Positions 8,195 through 15,604 are shown, counted from the stretch's first letter. The stretch: DNA of 24,512 nucleotides from Candidatus Nomurabacteria bacterium (GCA_943354625.1 CALRCS010000001.1:1-24512); one strand, 5' to 3'. The notes: generated by a model from the letters alone, not told the origin. Made by a program: numbers and translations.

Positions 8195-9016
8195 GTGAAT
8201 TATCAAATAATAATAAATCAAAAAGAGGTCCTTTCTGGAGATATTTTTATTTTGACTCTGACAATTTTATTGGTTATAGCGTTGATTGTATATATATTAA
8301 GGACTATTTTTAAAAAACTAAGTGCTTATGAGGTTATGAAGTACGAATTCGTCACTATTATAGCTCATAAGTTTCGCACTCCACTTACTCAAATCAAATG
8401 GCTATTAGAAAGTATATTGTCAGACGAAGAGGATTCCTTTAAAAAAGAGAGTTTGCAGAATATTGGAAAATCAACGGAGACTTTGATAGGTCTTACCAAT
8501 GCTCTAGTTGAGCTTACAAATTCAGCAGATAATGTAAAATCCATATATAATTTTGAAAAAATTAATATTTGTGAAATGGTAAAAAAAGTTAGTGGTTTAT
8601 TGAGTGTGCATTTTCATGAAAAGAACATCTTTTTTGGTATAGAGTATTCTAGTCCAGAAATATATGTAAACGCTGATCATTCCAGAATGGAATTTGTGCT
8701 ACAGACTCTTTTTGAAAATAGTATAAATTACAGCCACACCGGAAGGAATGTCGATATCCAGGTTTTACAAGAAAAAAATAAAGTGATTATATCTGTAGTT
8801 GATTATGGTATCGGTATAGACCCCTCTGATCTTCCTAGAATCTTTTCAAAGTTTTTTCGTGCTAGTAATGCGCGAAATATGGATACAGAAGGTTTTGGTG
8901 TTGGATTGTATTTGGTAAAATCAGTAGTGAAAAGACATCATGGAACACTTGAAGTATTTTCTGATGGGATAGAGAAGGGGACAACTTTTGTTTTGACCTT
9001 GCCTATTTACAAATAG
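8195..9016 (+). CDS. Orphan single-TM sensor histidine kinase (HisKA + HATPase_c)
   Basis: H-box AHKFRTPLT, N-box LFENSINYS, G1 VVDYGIGI, F-box IFSKFFRA, G2 GFGVGLYLVK; TGtTAGAAT 6 nt before the GTG. Confidence 0.9.
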   Translation: MNYQIIINQKEVLSGDIFILTLTILLVIALIVYILRTIFKKLSAYEVMKYEFVTIIAHKFRTPLTQIKWLLESILSDEEDSFKKESLQNIGKSTETLIGLTNALVELTNSADNVKSIYNFEKINICEMVKKVSGLLSVHFHEKNIFFGIEYSSPEIYVNADHSRMEFVLQTLFENSINYSHTGRNVDIQVLQEKNKVIISVVDYGIGIDPSDLPRIFSKFFRASNARNMDTEGFGVGLYLVKSVVKRHHGTLEVFSDGIEKGTTFVLTLPIYK

Positions 9017-9049
9017 AAAAAAATTCAAATTTTTCAACCTGACTAATAG

Positions 9050-9137
9050 AAACACAAAATCCTGCCGAGGCAGGACCTTATGTAGACATTTTATATTGAA
9101 GTACTCCATCTAGGCTTACGCCTTTTCGTACTCACAC
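9050..9137 (-). ncRNA. Candidate ~85-90 nt small RNA (unassigned family)
   Basis: TTGCAA-N17-TATAAT promoter; two-stem 5' domain with a GUAA tetraloop; 3' GC hairpin followed by a U-rich tract; no real ORF. Confidence 0.45.
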
Positions 9138-9143
9138 AGGTAT

Positions 9144-9195
9144 ATTATAACTTAGGATATTTTTTGTTGCAAGAAGGGAAGAATTAAGGTATTTT
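9144..9195. promoter_or_regulatory. Divergent sigma70 promoters sharing one palindromic -35 (TTGCAA 9167-9172)
   Basis: Minus: TTGCAA-17-TATAAT (9149-9144). Plus: TTGCAA-17-TATTTT (9190-9195), upstream of the tRNA. Confidence 0.55.
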
Positions 9196-9205
9196 ATAGA
9201 TACAT

Positions 9206-9279
9206 TGCCGGATCGTATAAAGGTAGTACGTCGCTCTCTGAAAGCGAAAATTTTGGTTCGATTCCAAGTCCGGCAGCCA
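9206..9279 (+). tRNA. tRNA-Gln (anticodon CTG)
   Basis: Acceptor TGCCGGA/TCCGGCA, anticodon arm TCGCT-CTCTGAA-AGCGA, T arm TTTGG-TTCGATT-CCAAG, discriminator G, encoded CCA 9277-9279. Confidence 0.95.
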
Positions 9280-9290
9280 AAATAATTTAT

Positions 9291-9847
9291 ATGAAAATCA
9301 CTTTTATTACAGGTAATATTGGAAAAGTAAATGAGGTCAGCCGATACTTAGGAATTGAAGTTGATCACCAGAAACTTGACCTCGGGAGATTCAGTCGCTT
9401 GACTTAGAAGATGTTGTTAAGGACAAAGCTGCTCGAGCCTTCGAAAAAGTTGGCGGACCAGTCTTGGTAGAAGATGTTTCTTTTGTCTTCCATGCCCTTG
9501 GCAAGTTACCCGGACCTTTTATTAAATGGTTTTTATCACAATTAAAAAATGAAGGCCTTTGCAAGCTTGTTGATGGAAAAGATCGTGGTTGTACCGCAAC
9601 AGTATGTTATGGATATCATAATGGGAAAACGATTCATTTGTTCAGTGGCTCAATGACAGGATCAGTTGTTTCCTCTCCAAGAGGAAATAATAGTTTCGGG
9701 TGGGCCCCAATATTTTTGCCGGATGGTTATGATAAAACATATGCCGAACTTTTAGACAAAGAACAAGCACCTATTTCCATGAGAAATATAGCGCTTGCGA
9801 ACCTGCGAAGGTTTCTTGTTTCTGATTCTGGCGGGCTAATCTTGTAA
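9291..9847 (+). pseudogene. rdgB: RdgB/HAM1-family non-canonical purine NTP pyrophosphatase with a 1-nt frameshift near 9384-9386
   Basis: Frame A: MKITFITGNIGKVNEVSRYLGIEVDHQKLDL, stop at 9405. Frame B from 9386: EIQSLDLEDVVKDKA...VLVEDVS...LPGPFIKWF...FGWAPIF...ISMR. Joined length is about 185 aa. Confidence 0.88.
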
Positions 9848-9980
9848 AAAGGTTCCAACTTCGTACCACACCTCCAGCCATTACCATCGAAATAGCATCG
9901 CTATTTGAGATGGGCATCTGTCCAGATATGGATCTAGGATTTAGGGTACCTCCTAATGTCAGTTATTCGACTAAAACCGC

Positions 9981-10009
9981 TTGCTTTCTTTACATCATTT
10001 GTATATACT
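9981..10009 (+). promoter_or_regulatory. Sigma70 promoter of the TA operon with an inverted repeat in the spacer
   Basis: TTGCTT-N17-TATACT, ATG 7 nt later; TACA-N5-TGTA at 9991-10003. Confidence 0.6.
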
Positions 10010-10016
10010 TTTTGGT

Positions 10017-10721
10017 ATGACCAACAAGTATATAAAAAAAATAAAAGAGTTTCGTATTGAAAAAGGACTTTCGCAAGAACAAGTGGCACAAGCAATTGGC
10101 GTATCTCGTCCAACGTATACTGCTATCGAGGCAGGAAAAAAACAAAATCTCGATCTCGATGAAGCACAGAAACTAGCTAATTTTTTTGGTATTAGCCTAG
10201 GCGAACTTATTACTGGAACAATTGAAAATGTGGAAAAGTATAAACAGATGATACTTTCGTATCTTCGAATGAATATTTCCAGTTCTAGGGGTGGAAAAGT
10301 TACGAAGACTAAACTTGCTAAACTTCTTTACCTTGCTGATTTCGCTTGGTTCTATGATCATTTGGAGAGTATGAGTGGCATGCAATACAAGAAGTTTGCC
10401 TATGGTCCAGTACCGGATACCTTCTTTCGAGTTCTCGATGAACTTGAAGGAGATGGAAAAATCAATATCGCAAGAATAAAAGAAGGCGAAAAAGATGTGT
10501 TTTTGATTAGTGAATCAGAAAATAATAAGAATGAAAAAATCACGACTATTTCCGGTGAAGAGCAGAAGTTGATGGAGAAGATAGCGAAGAAATGGAAAAA
10601 TAAGAACACGCAGGATATCGTGACTTTTACGCACAATCAATTGCCGTACACTATTTGTCGAGATAATGAGGTGATTCCTTATGAGCTTATAATTCAAGAA
10701 AACCCTGGAGATGTCTACTAG
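10017..10721 (+). CDS. XRE-family HTH + DUF4065 (Panacea/SocA-like) antitoxin
   Basis: HTH: RIEKGLSQEQVAQAIGVSRPTYTAIEAG. DUF4065 motifs: KLAKLLYLADF, YGPVP, FTHNQLPY...IPY. Probable start ATG 10017. Confidence 0.88.
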   Translation: MTNKYIKKIKEFRIEKGLSQEQVAQAIGVSRPTYTAIEAGKKQNLDLDEAQKLANFFGISLGELITGTIENVEKYKQMILSYLRMNISSSRGGKVTKTKLAKLLYLADFAWFYDHLESMSGMQYKKFAYGPVPDTFFRVLDELEGDGKINIARIKEGEKDVFLISESENNKNEKITTISGEEQKLMEKIAKKWKNKNTQDIVTFTHNQLPYTICRDNEVIPYELIIQENPGDVY

Positions 10722-11106
10722 ACACACTGTCATTGTTGCGCCCTTTGCTGAGCGTCATTTCATAAAGAGCTTTTCAAAAAAGTACAAAGGTGCTTGGGAC
10801 ATCACATGGACAGGTATTCTGGAGCAATTTAGAAGTTTCGATGAACTATTCAAGTCATCTATCGCCGAAATGATCGTTCATGACTCCAATCTCAAAATAT
10901 GCAAAGTTGAGTTCCGTGTTTATGGTACGCAAGTGTCTCGTCATGGCTCAGGTAATAGATGTATCGTCGTAATCCACGAAAATACAAACACAATTTCTGT
11001 TCTTCTTGTATACGGCAAAACCGATTTAAGTGGTCATAATGAAACAGCGGAGTGGAAAAAGCTTGTTATAGAGAATTATCCGGAGTACAAGGAGCTTTGT
11101 AAATAA
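10711..11106 (+). CDS. Uncharacterised 131-aa protein, candidate RelE/HigB-like toxin
   Basis: Overlaps the antitoxin by 11 nt. Pattern of N-terminal strand + FIKSFSKKY helix, K-x-EFRV, SGNRCIV and ISVLLVYGKTDL resembles RelE-superfamily toxins. Confidence 0.6.
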   Translation: MSTRHTVIVAPFAERHFIKSFSKKYKGAWDITWTGILEQFRSFDELFKSSIAEMIVHDSNLKICKVEFRVYGTQVSRHGSGNRCIVVIHENTNTISVLLVYGKTDLSGHNETAEWKKLVIENYPEYKELCK

Positions 11107-11133
11107 GATAGAACTGTGCTAGTATTATCATTG

Positions 11134-12036
11134 ATGTATCATATTCTCGAATCTCAACAGTTTGATCAAATATTAATCAATAGGATTTTTTCCATCGCAA
11201 ACAAGTTAGAAAAGAAAACCGATAATTCTTTAAAGGGGAAAATAATGGCATCATTATTTTATGAACCGAGTACAAGAACTCGGTTTTCTTTTGAGTCCGC
11301 AATGTTGAGACTTGGCGGTAACGTCATAACTACTGAAAACGCTAAGGAATTTTCTTCTGCGGTAAAGGGAGAGACTTTGGAAGATTCAATAAGAGTAATC
11401 AATAATTATGCTGACGTAATTGTCTTGCGCCACTATGAACAAGGTGCCTCTCATCGAGCTTCTCTAGTATCTGACGCTCCGGTGATTAATGCAGGTGATG
11501 GAATAGGACAACATCCGACACAGGCTCTCCTAGATCTCTATACAATAAAGAGAGAATTGGGAAAAATTAATGGAATTTCAATTGCGTTTGTAGGAGACTT
11601 GAGACATGGAAGAACAATTAGATCGTTGGCATATTTGTTAGGAAAATATAAAAAAGTAAAGATATATTTTGTATCACCAAAAAAACTAAAAGTAGGAGAA
11701 GACATAAAGGAATATTTAAGGAGGTACAAGATATCATACGTTGAGACGGAGTATTTGGAGACGGTAATCTCTCATGTGGACGTTCTCTATCAAACGAGGA
11801 TTCAGAAGGAAAGGTTTAGCGATAATAAAGAATATCAGAAATATAAGGGTTGTTATCGAATCAATTTACATTTGGTGGCTAAGATGAAAGGAAAATCTAT
11901 TATAATGCACCCATTACCACGTGTAGATGAAATTCTTACTGAAGTTGATAATTCCCCTAAAGCGGTGTATTTTAAGCAAGTGGGGTATGGTCTATTGATC
12001 AGAATGGCATTACTTAAATATGTTCTAAGGCCATAA
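11134..12036 (+). CDS. pyrB: Aspartate carbamoyltransferase catalytic subunit (probable start ATG 11134)
   Basis: FYEPSTRTRFSFE, INAGDGIGQHPTQALLD, VGDLRHGRTIRSL, YQTRIQKERF, IMHPLPRVDEI. Confidence 0.96.
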   Translation: MYHILESQQFDQILINRIFSIANKLEKKTDNSLKGKIMASLFYEPSTRTRFSFESAMLRLGGNVITTENAKEFSSAVKGETLEDSIRVINNYADVIVLRHYEQGASHRASLVSDAPVINAGDGIGQHPTQALLDLYTIKRELGKINGISIAFVGDLRHGRTIRSLAYLLGKYKKVKIYFVSPKKLKVGEDIKEYLRRYKISYVETEYLETVISHVDVLYQTRIQKERFSDNKEYQKYKGCYRINLHLVAKMKGKSIIMHPLPRVDEILTEVDNSPKAVYFKQVGYGLLIRMALLKYVLRP

Positions 12037-12163
12037 GTCTTGTTCGGATATAATTCCACACGGTCAGCTCGTAAATTTGATAGCAATAGTTGATTCGGTT
12101 GACGAATTAAAGTACTTAGTTAAAAGTTGAATTAGAAATAAAAGAGTATATACTTAAAAACAT

Positions 12164-12325
12164 ATGGTAATAGACATAGAGTTAACATTAAATAGGTTTG
12201 GATTCGGTAAAATTTCAGAAAATAAATTCCAAATTTTGTGTTTTAGATTTTCTAAATGGAAAATTCAAAATAAATATTCTATTTCCTTTGAAATAAATTG
12301 GCGGAATAAGAATGAAAATACTTGA
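12164..12325 (+). CDS. Hypothetical 53-aa protein (not in ORF track)
   Basis: MVIDIELTLNRFGFGKISENKFQILCFRFSKWKIQNKYSISFEINWRNKNENT*; preceded by TTGAAT-N16-TATACT; fills an otherwise empty gap. Confidence 0.45.
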   Translation: MVIDIELTLNRFGFGKISENKFQILCFRFSKWKIQNKYSISFEINWRNKNENT

Positions 12326-12349
12326 TTAAAACTTTGATATACTAATTCT

Positions 12350-12886
12350 ATGAAATTACCAACGCGCGAAGAAGGTCAGACCCTTCTTGAATCACATGTG
12401 AAAAACGACTACCAACGACTTCATGCTCAGATGGTTGCAACTGCCATGGAAGGATATGCAAATCTTTTTAATGAGGATGCAAATCTGTGGTATTTAACGG
12501 GTTTACTTCACGATATTGATTTTGAAGAGCATCCTGATACACATCCTGCTGAATCATTGAAATGGTTCAAGGATTGGGGATATCCAGAGGATTTGATTCA
12601 CTCAGTAGAAGCACATGCATATAATTATAATGGATTTAGTACATTACCAAAGACTAAGTTGGCATCAGCTTTAACAGCATGTGATGAAGTCAGTGGTCTT
12701 TTTTATGCCTATCAAAAGCTGAATCCTATTCCTTTTGGTCAAATGAAAGCAAGTTCAATTAAGAAAAGGTTAAATGAAAAATCATTTGCCGCTAAGATTG
12801 ACCGCTCAACTATCACAAGAGGATGTGAGTCTTTGGAGATTAGTGTAGATGATCATATTAGTAATCTTATTAAATTTCTTTCATAA
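12350..12886 (+). CDS. HD/HDIG-domain phosphohydrolase (COG2316-like)
   Basis: RLHAQMV, GLLHDIDFE, HSVEAH, ACDEVSGL, KSFAAKIDR; TGaTATACT 6 nt before the ATG. Confidence 0.88.
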   Translation: MKLPTREEGQTLLESHVKNDYQRLHAQMVATAMEGYANLFNEDANLWYLTGLLHDIDFEEHPDTHPAESLKWFKDWGYPEDLIHSVEAHAYNYNGFSTLPKTKLASALTACDEVSGLFYAYQKLNPIPFGQMKASSIKKRLNEKSFAAKIDRSTITRGCESLEISVDDHISNLIKFLS

Positions 12887-13050
12887 TGGATTCAAAAAAA
12901 CTTACATGGTTGGGTATGGTAGTAGGTACATCTCTTGGAGGATATTTGCCATTGATCTGGGGTGGTAGTGCTTTTTCTTTCACTTCAATTTTTCTTGGCG
13001 CAGCTGGAGGAATTGCAGGAATTTTTATTGGATTTAAGTTGAGTCAATAA
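12886..13050 (+). CDS. Glycine-rich two-TM small membrane protein, 54 aa (not in ORF track)
   Basis: MDSKKLTWLGMVVGTSLGGYLPLIWGGSAFSFTSIFLGAAGGIAGIFIGFKLSQ*; TAATG overlap with the HD gene stop; GxxxG repeats. Confidence 0.75.
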   Translation: MDSKKLTWLGMVVGTSLGGYLPLIWGGSAFSFTSIFLGAAGGIAGIFIGFKLSQ

Positions 13051-13103
13051 TTAGGATTGTAAGGAGGATAGTATAAATTTTGGTATAGTATATAATACGT
13101 TAC

Positions 13104-13799
13104 ATGAAAACACACATAGAATATGTTCAGGAATGGTTACCAGATCTTCTACAAAAGAAAATATTGGATTTGGGATCAGGGTTGGGCGCTGTACTTATTG
13201 AAATTGCTAAAAAGGGAGGAAATGCTGTTGGTATTGAGACATCACTCGAATATGTTGAAATCACTAAAGCTAGAGCTAAGGAAGCTGGGGTAATTGTGGA
13301 TGTGAGGCAAGGAAAAGGTGAAGAACTGCCTTTTGATGATAATCAATTTGATTTTGTAAACATGACAGAAGTTATCGAACATGTGATCGATCCAGAAAAA
13401 GTTCTCAGACAAGCTTATCGTGTTTTAAAACATGGTGGACAATTGTATGTGAGTGTACCGAATCGTTTTGCTTTTAAGGATCATCATTATGATTTGATTT
13501 TTGTGAATTGGTTGCCGAGGTCGCTTTCACAGACATATATAGGTATATTTGGAGAGCATAAAAATTATTCAAAAACAGGTCAGATAGGACTCGAAAGACT
13601 GGATGAAATGCATTACTATACTTTTGGTGCAATAAAAAGACTGTGTGAAAAAGTCGGTTTTAAAGTTACTGATATTAGAATAATAAAAATTAAAAAAAGA
13701 TACCCATCAAAGATTGTTCAAACTGCGTCAATATTTATATATAAATTCGCTAGTTTATTTTATTTTGAATCGTTTCATTTACAGTTAATAAAGGATTAA
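13104..13799 (+). CDS. Class I SAM-dependent methyltransferase
   Basis: ILDLGSGLG motif I, LPFDDNQFDFV, EVIEHV, RVLKHGGQL. Confidence 0.9.
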   Translation: MKTHIEYVQEWLPDLLQKKILDLGSGLGAVLIEIAKKGGNAVGIETSLEYVEITKARAKEAGVIVDVRQGKGEELPFDDNQFDFVNMTEVIEHVIDPEKVLRQAYRVLKHGGQLYVSVPNRFAFKDHHYDLIFVNWLPRSLSQTYIGIFGEHKNYSKTGQIGLERLDEMHYYTFGAIKRLCEKVGFKVTDIRIIKIKKRYPSKIVQTASIFIYKFASLFYFESFHLQLIKD

Positions 13800-13816
13800 A
13801 GGAATTAATATATTTT

Positions 13817-13851
13817 AAAAAACACACCCCGCTATTTCTAGCGAGGCATAT
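13817..13851 (-). terminator. Intrinsic terminator of the zinc-finger gene
   Basis: Minus strand CATATGCCTCGCTA-GAAA-TAGCGGGTGTG-TTTTTT: GNRA loop, G-U pairs, U-tract. Confidence 0.7.
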
Positions 13852-13872
13852 GGAGTGAGGCTTTTAAATTGA

Positions 13873-14298
13873 TCACTCAAATGTAATAGGTTGGTTGGGG
13901 AAATACGATTGTCGCAGATGAGATTGTACCTCCGAAATAGCATATTTGGGTGAATAACCGAAGACACCACCAGCTAGCCATTTAAGTTGGTTCGGAAACT
14001 GCAGTCTTATGATCCCTCTATCACTAGTATCACTTAAAAACTTGACTCCGACACTAATGCGCTTGCCATCCTGAAACACCACGACCACGGGTTGGGTGTC
14101 GATCCATGTCCCACTCATGAGGAGGCCGATTGGTAATGGCTCTTCTCCACGTGCAAACTTGTCAGATCTCTGTCCTATACATTTTTCACAGAGTTCGACA
14201 CTTATTCCATCAGGAATAGGATTACCACTATATGTCCCGAGTTTTGCTCTAGAAGAGTAGCAGTCCTCGCAACGATCTTTCCAGATTCTTTCTGCCAT
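13873..14298 (-). CDS. Hypothetical protein with N-terminal CxxC...CxxC zinc-binding motif (probable start ATG 14298)
   Basis: MAERIWKDRCEDC...LCEKC; followed by its own terminator. The ORF-track extension to 14373 overlaps the likely promoter region. Confidence 0.7.
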   Translation of the reverse strand: MAERIWKDRCEDCYSSRAKLGTYSGNPIPDGISVELCEKCIGQRSDKFARGEEPLPIGLLMSGTWIDTQPVVVVFQDGKRISVGVKFLSDTSDRGIIRLQFPNQLKWLAGGVFGYSPKYAISEVQSHLRQSYFPNQPITFE

Positions 14299-14394
14299 AA
14301 CAATTTTGGGTTTGAGGTTGATTGTTCGGTTGTTATCCAAACGGATTCTACTCCATAGTATTGTACAGGTCAAATAATCTGGTATAATTCCAAA

Positions 14395-14757
14395 ATGGAA
14401 AAAAGACTAAAATTAGTAAAGAAATTTCATAAGAAATTTAATGTTCCTGTACTCAAAAAGCCATCTCTAATCCCTAAAGACAGATCAGATTTTCGATATA
14501 CATTAATGAAAGATGAGGTGGATGAATATCCTCTTGGTGCAAAGAATGGGGACCTAGAAAATATTGCAAAAGAACTAGTTGATATACTGTACACAGTTTA
14601 TGGAACTGTTTTAGAACATGGTTTGCAGGATAAGATAGATGAATTGTTTGAGGAGGTACACCGTTCTCATATGAGCAAAGATTATCATCAGTACAAGATG
14701 GTTAAGGGCGATAAATATTTTGAACCGAATTTAAAAAAGATTTTGGATAATATTTAA
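14395..14757 (+). CDS. MazG-like/PRA-PH nucleoside triphosphate pyrophosphohydrolase (DR2231/dUTPase-like)
   Basis: VKKFHKKF, DEVDEY, KELVDILY..YG, FEEVHRSHMSK, KMVKG. Confidence 0.82.
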   Translation: MEKRLKLVKKFHKKFNVPVLKKPSLIPKDRSDFRYTLMKDEVDEYPLGAKNGDLENIAKELVDILYTVYGTVLEHGLQDKIDELFEEVHRSHMSKDYHQYKMVKGDKYFEPNLKKILDNI

Positions 14758-14797
14758 TTGTCTCCCATCACGAGTATAATGATATAATACTAGATAT

Positions 14798-15604
14798 ATG
14801 CTTAAAAGAATCTTCCTATATACATTTCTAGTCATTGCCGCTATTTTTGTTTGGCTTTTTTATATTAATAGTAGACCTTGCGTCAATCCTATAAAATACA
14901 AGATAGGAAATATTGATTCTAGGTTTGGAATAACAAAAGAAGAATTTATAAAAGATCTGAATACTGCATCGGATATTTGGAATAAGTCTATATCGAAAAA
15001 TCTTTTTGAATATGATCAATATGGATCTTTAACTATAAATTTGATTTATGATTATAGACAAAAGACCACAAATCTTCGAAATGAAATAGAAAAAAGGAAT
15101 GTTACTGCTCAGTCTATAAATGACCAATATAATAAATTAATAAACCAGTTTAATATAGATAAGAAAGCATATGAGACGGCAGTCCTTGAATTTAATGCAC
15201 AAAATAGTTCACATAATAGAGATATAAATACACTTATAGAAATGAAGAAACAAATCGATGTTCAAAGGTTAAAGTTGAATAGTCTTTCAGATCAAATTAA
15301 TGTTTATGTGAACAAATATAATCTTTTGATAGACGGCATAAATTCTGATGCCAAAATAGTGAATAAAAATGCAGGGGAAATTGAGGAGGGTATGTATACA
15401 TCAGGAATTAAAGTTATAGATATATATGAATATGGAAGCAAATTAAAATTGATTCGGGTAATTGCACATGAATTGGGACATTCTCTAGGTATTGATCATA
15501 ATTCGAATCCTGAATCCATAATGTATAAGATAAATCAAGGAAAAAAGGAAGTTCTGACTATTGATGATTTGGAAGCATTGAAAACTGTTTGTTATTTGAA
15601 GTAG
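14798..15604 (+). CDS. Membrane-anchored matrixin-family (metzincin) metalloprotease with a coiled-coil insert
   Basis: N-terminal TM; HELGHSLGIDH (HExxHxxGxxH); Met-turn SIMY; central heptad-rich segment. Confidence 0.88.
   Translation: MLKRIFLYTFLVIAAIFVWLFYINSRPCVNPIKYKIGNIDSRFGITKEEFIKDLNTASDIWNKSISKNLFEYDQYGSLTINLIYDYRQKTTNLRNEIEKRNVTAQSINDQYNKLINQFNIDKKAYETAVLEFNAQNSSHNRDINTLIEMKKQIDVQRLKLNSLSDQINVYVNKYNLLIDGINSDAKIVNKNAGEIEEGMYTSGIKVIDIYEYGSKLKLIRVIAHELGHSLGIDHNSNPESIMYKINQGKKEVLTIDDLEALKTVCYLK

Noticed and set aside
9105-9140. Hammerhead or sarcin-ricin-loop mimic in the candidate sRNA (CTGTGTGAGTACGAAA; AGTACGAAAAGG)
   Set aside because: No CUGANGA core or stem II; the SRL likeness is about 12 nt and its bases are used in P1, so it may be chance.
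9771-9917. 48-aa minus-strand ORF (MPISNSDAISMVMAGGVV...) faintly like a DUF502 C-terminus
   Set aside because: Overlaps the rdgB 3' end antisense, has no start signal, and the similarity needs a large gap.
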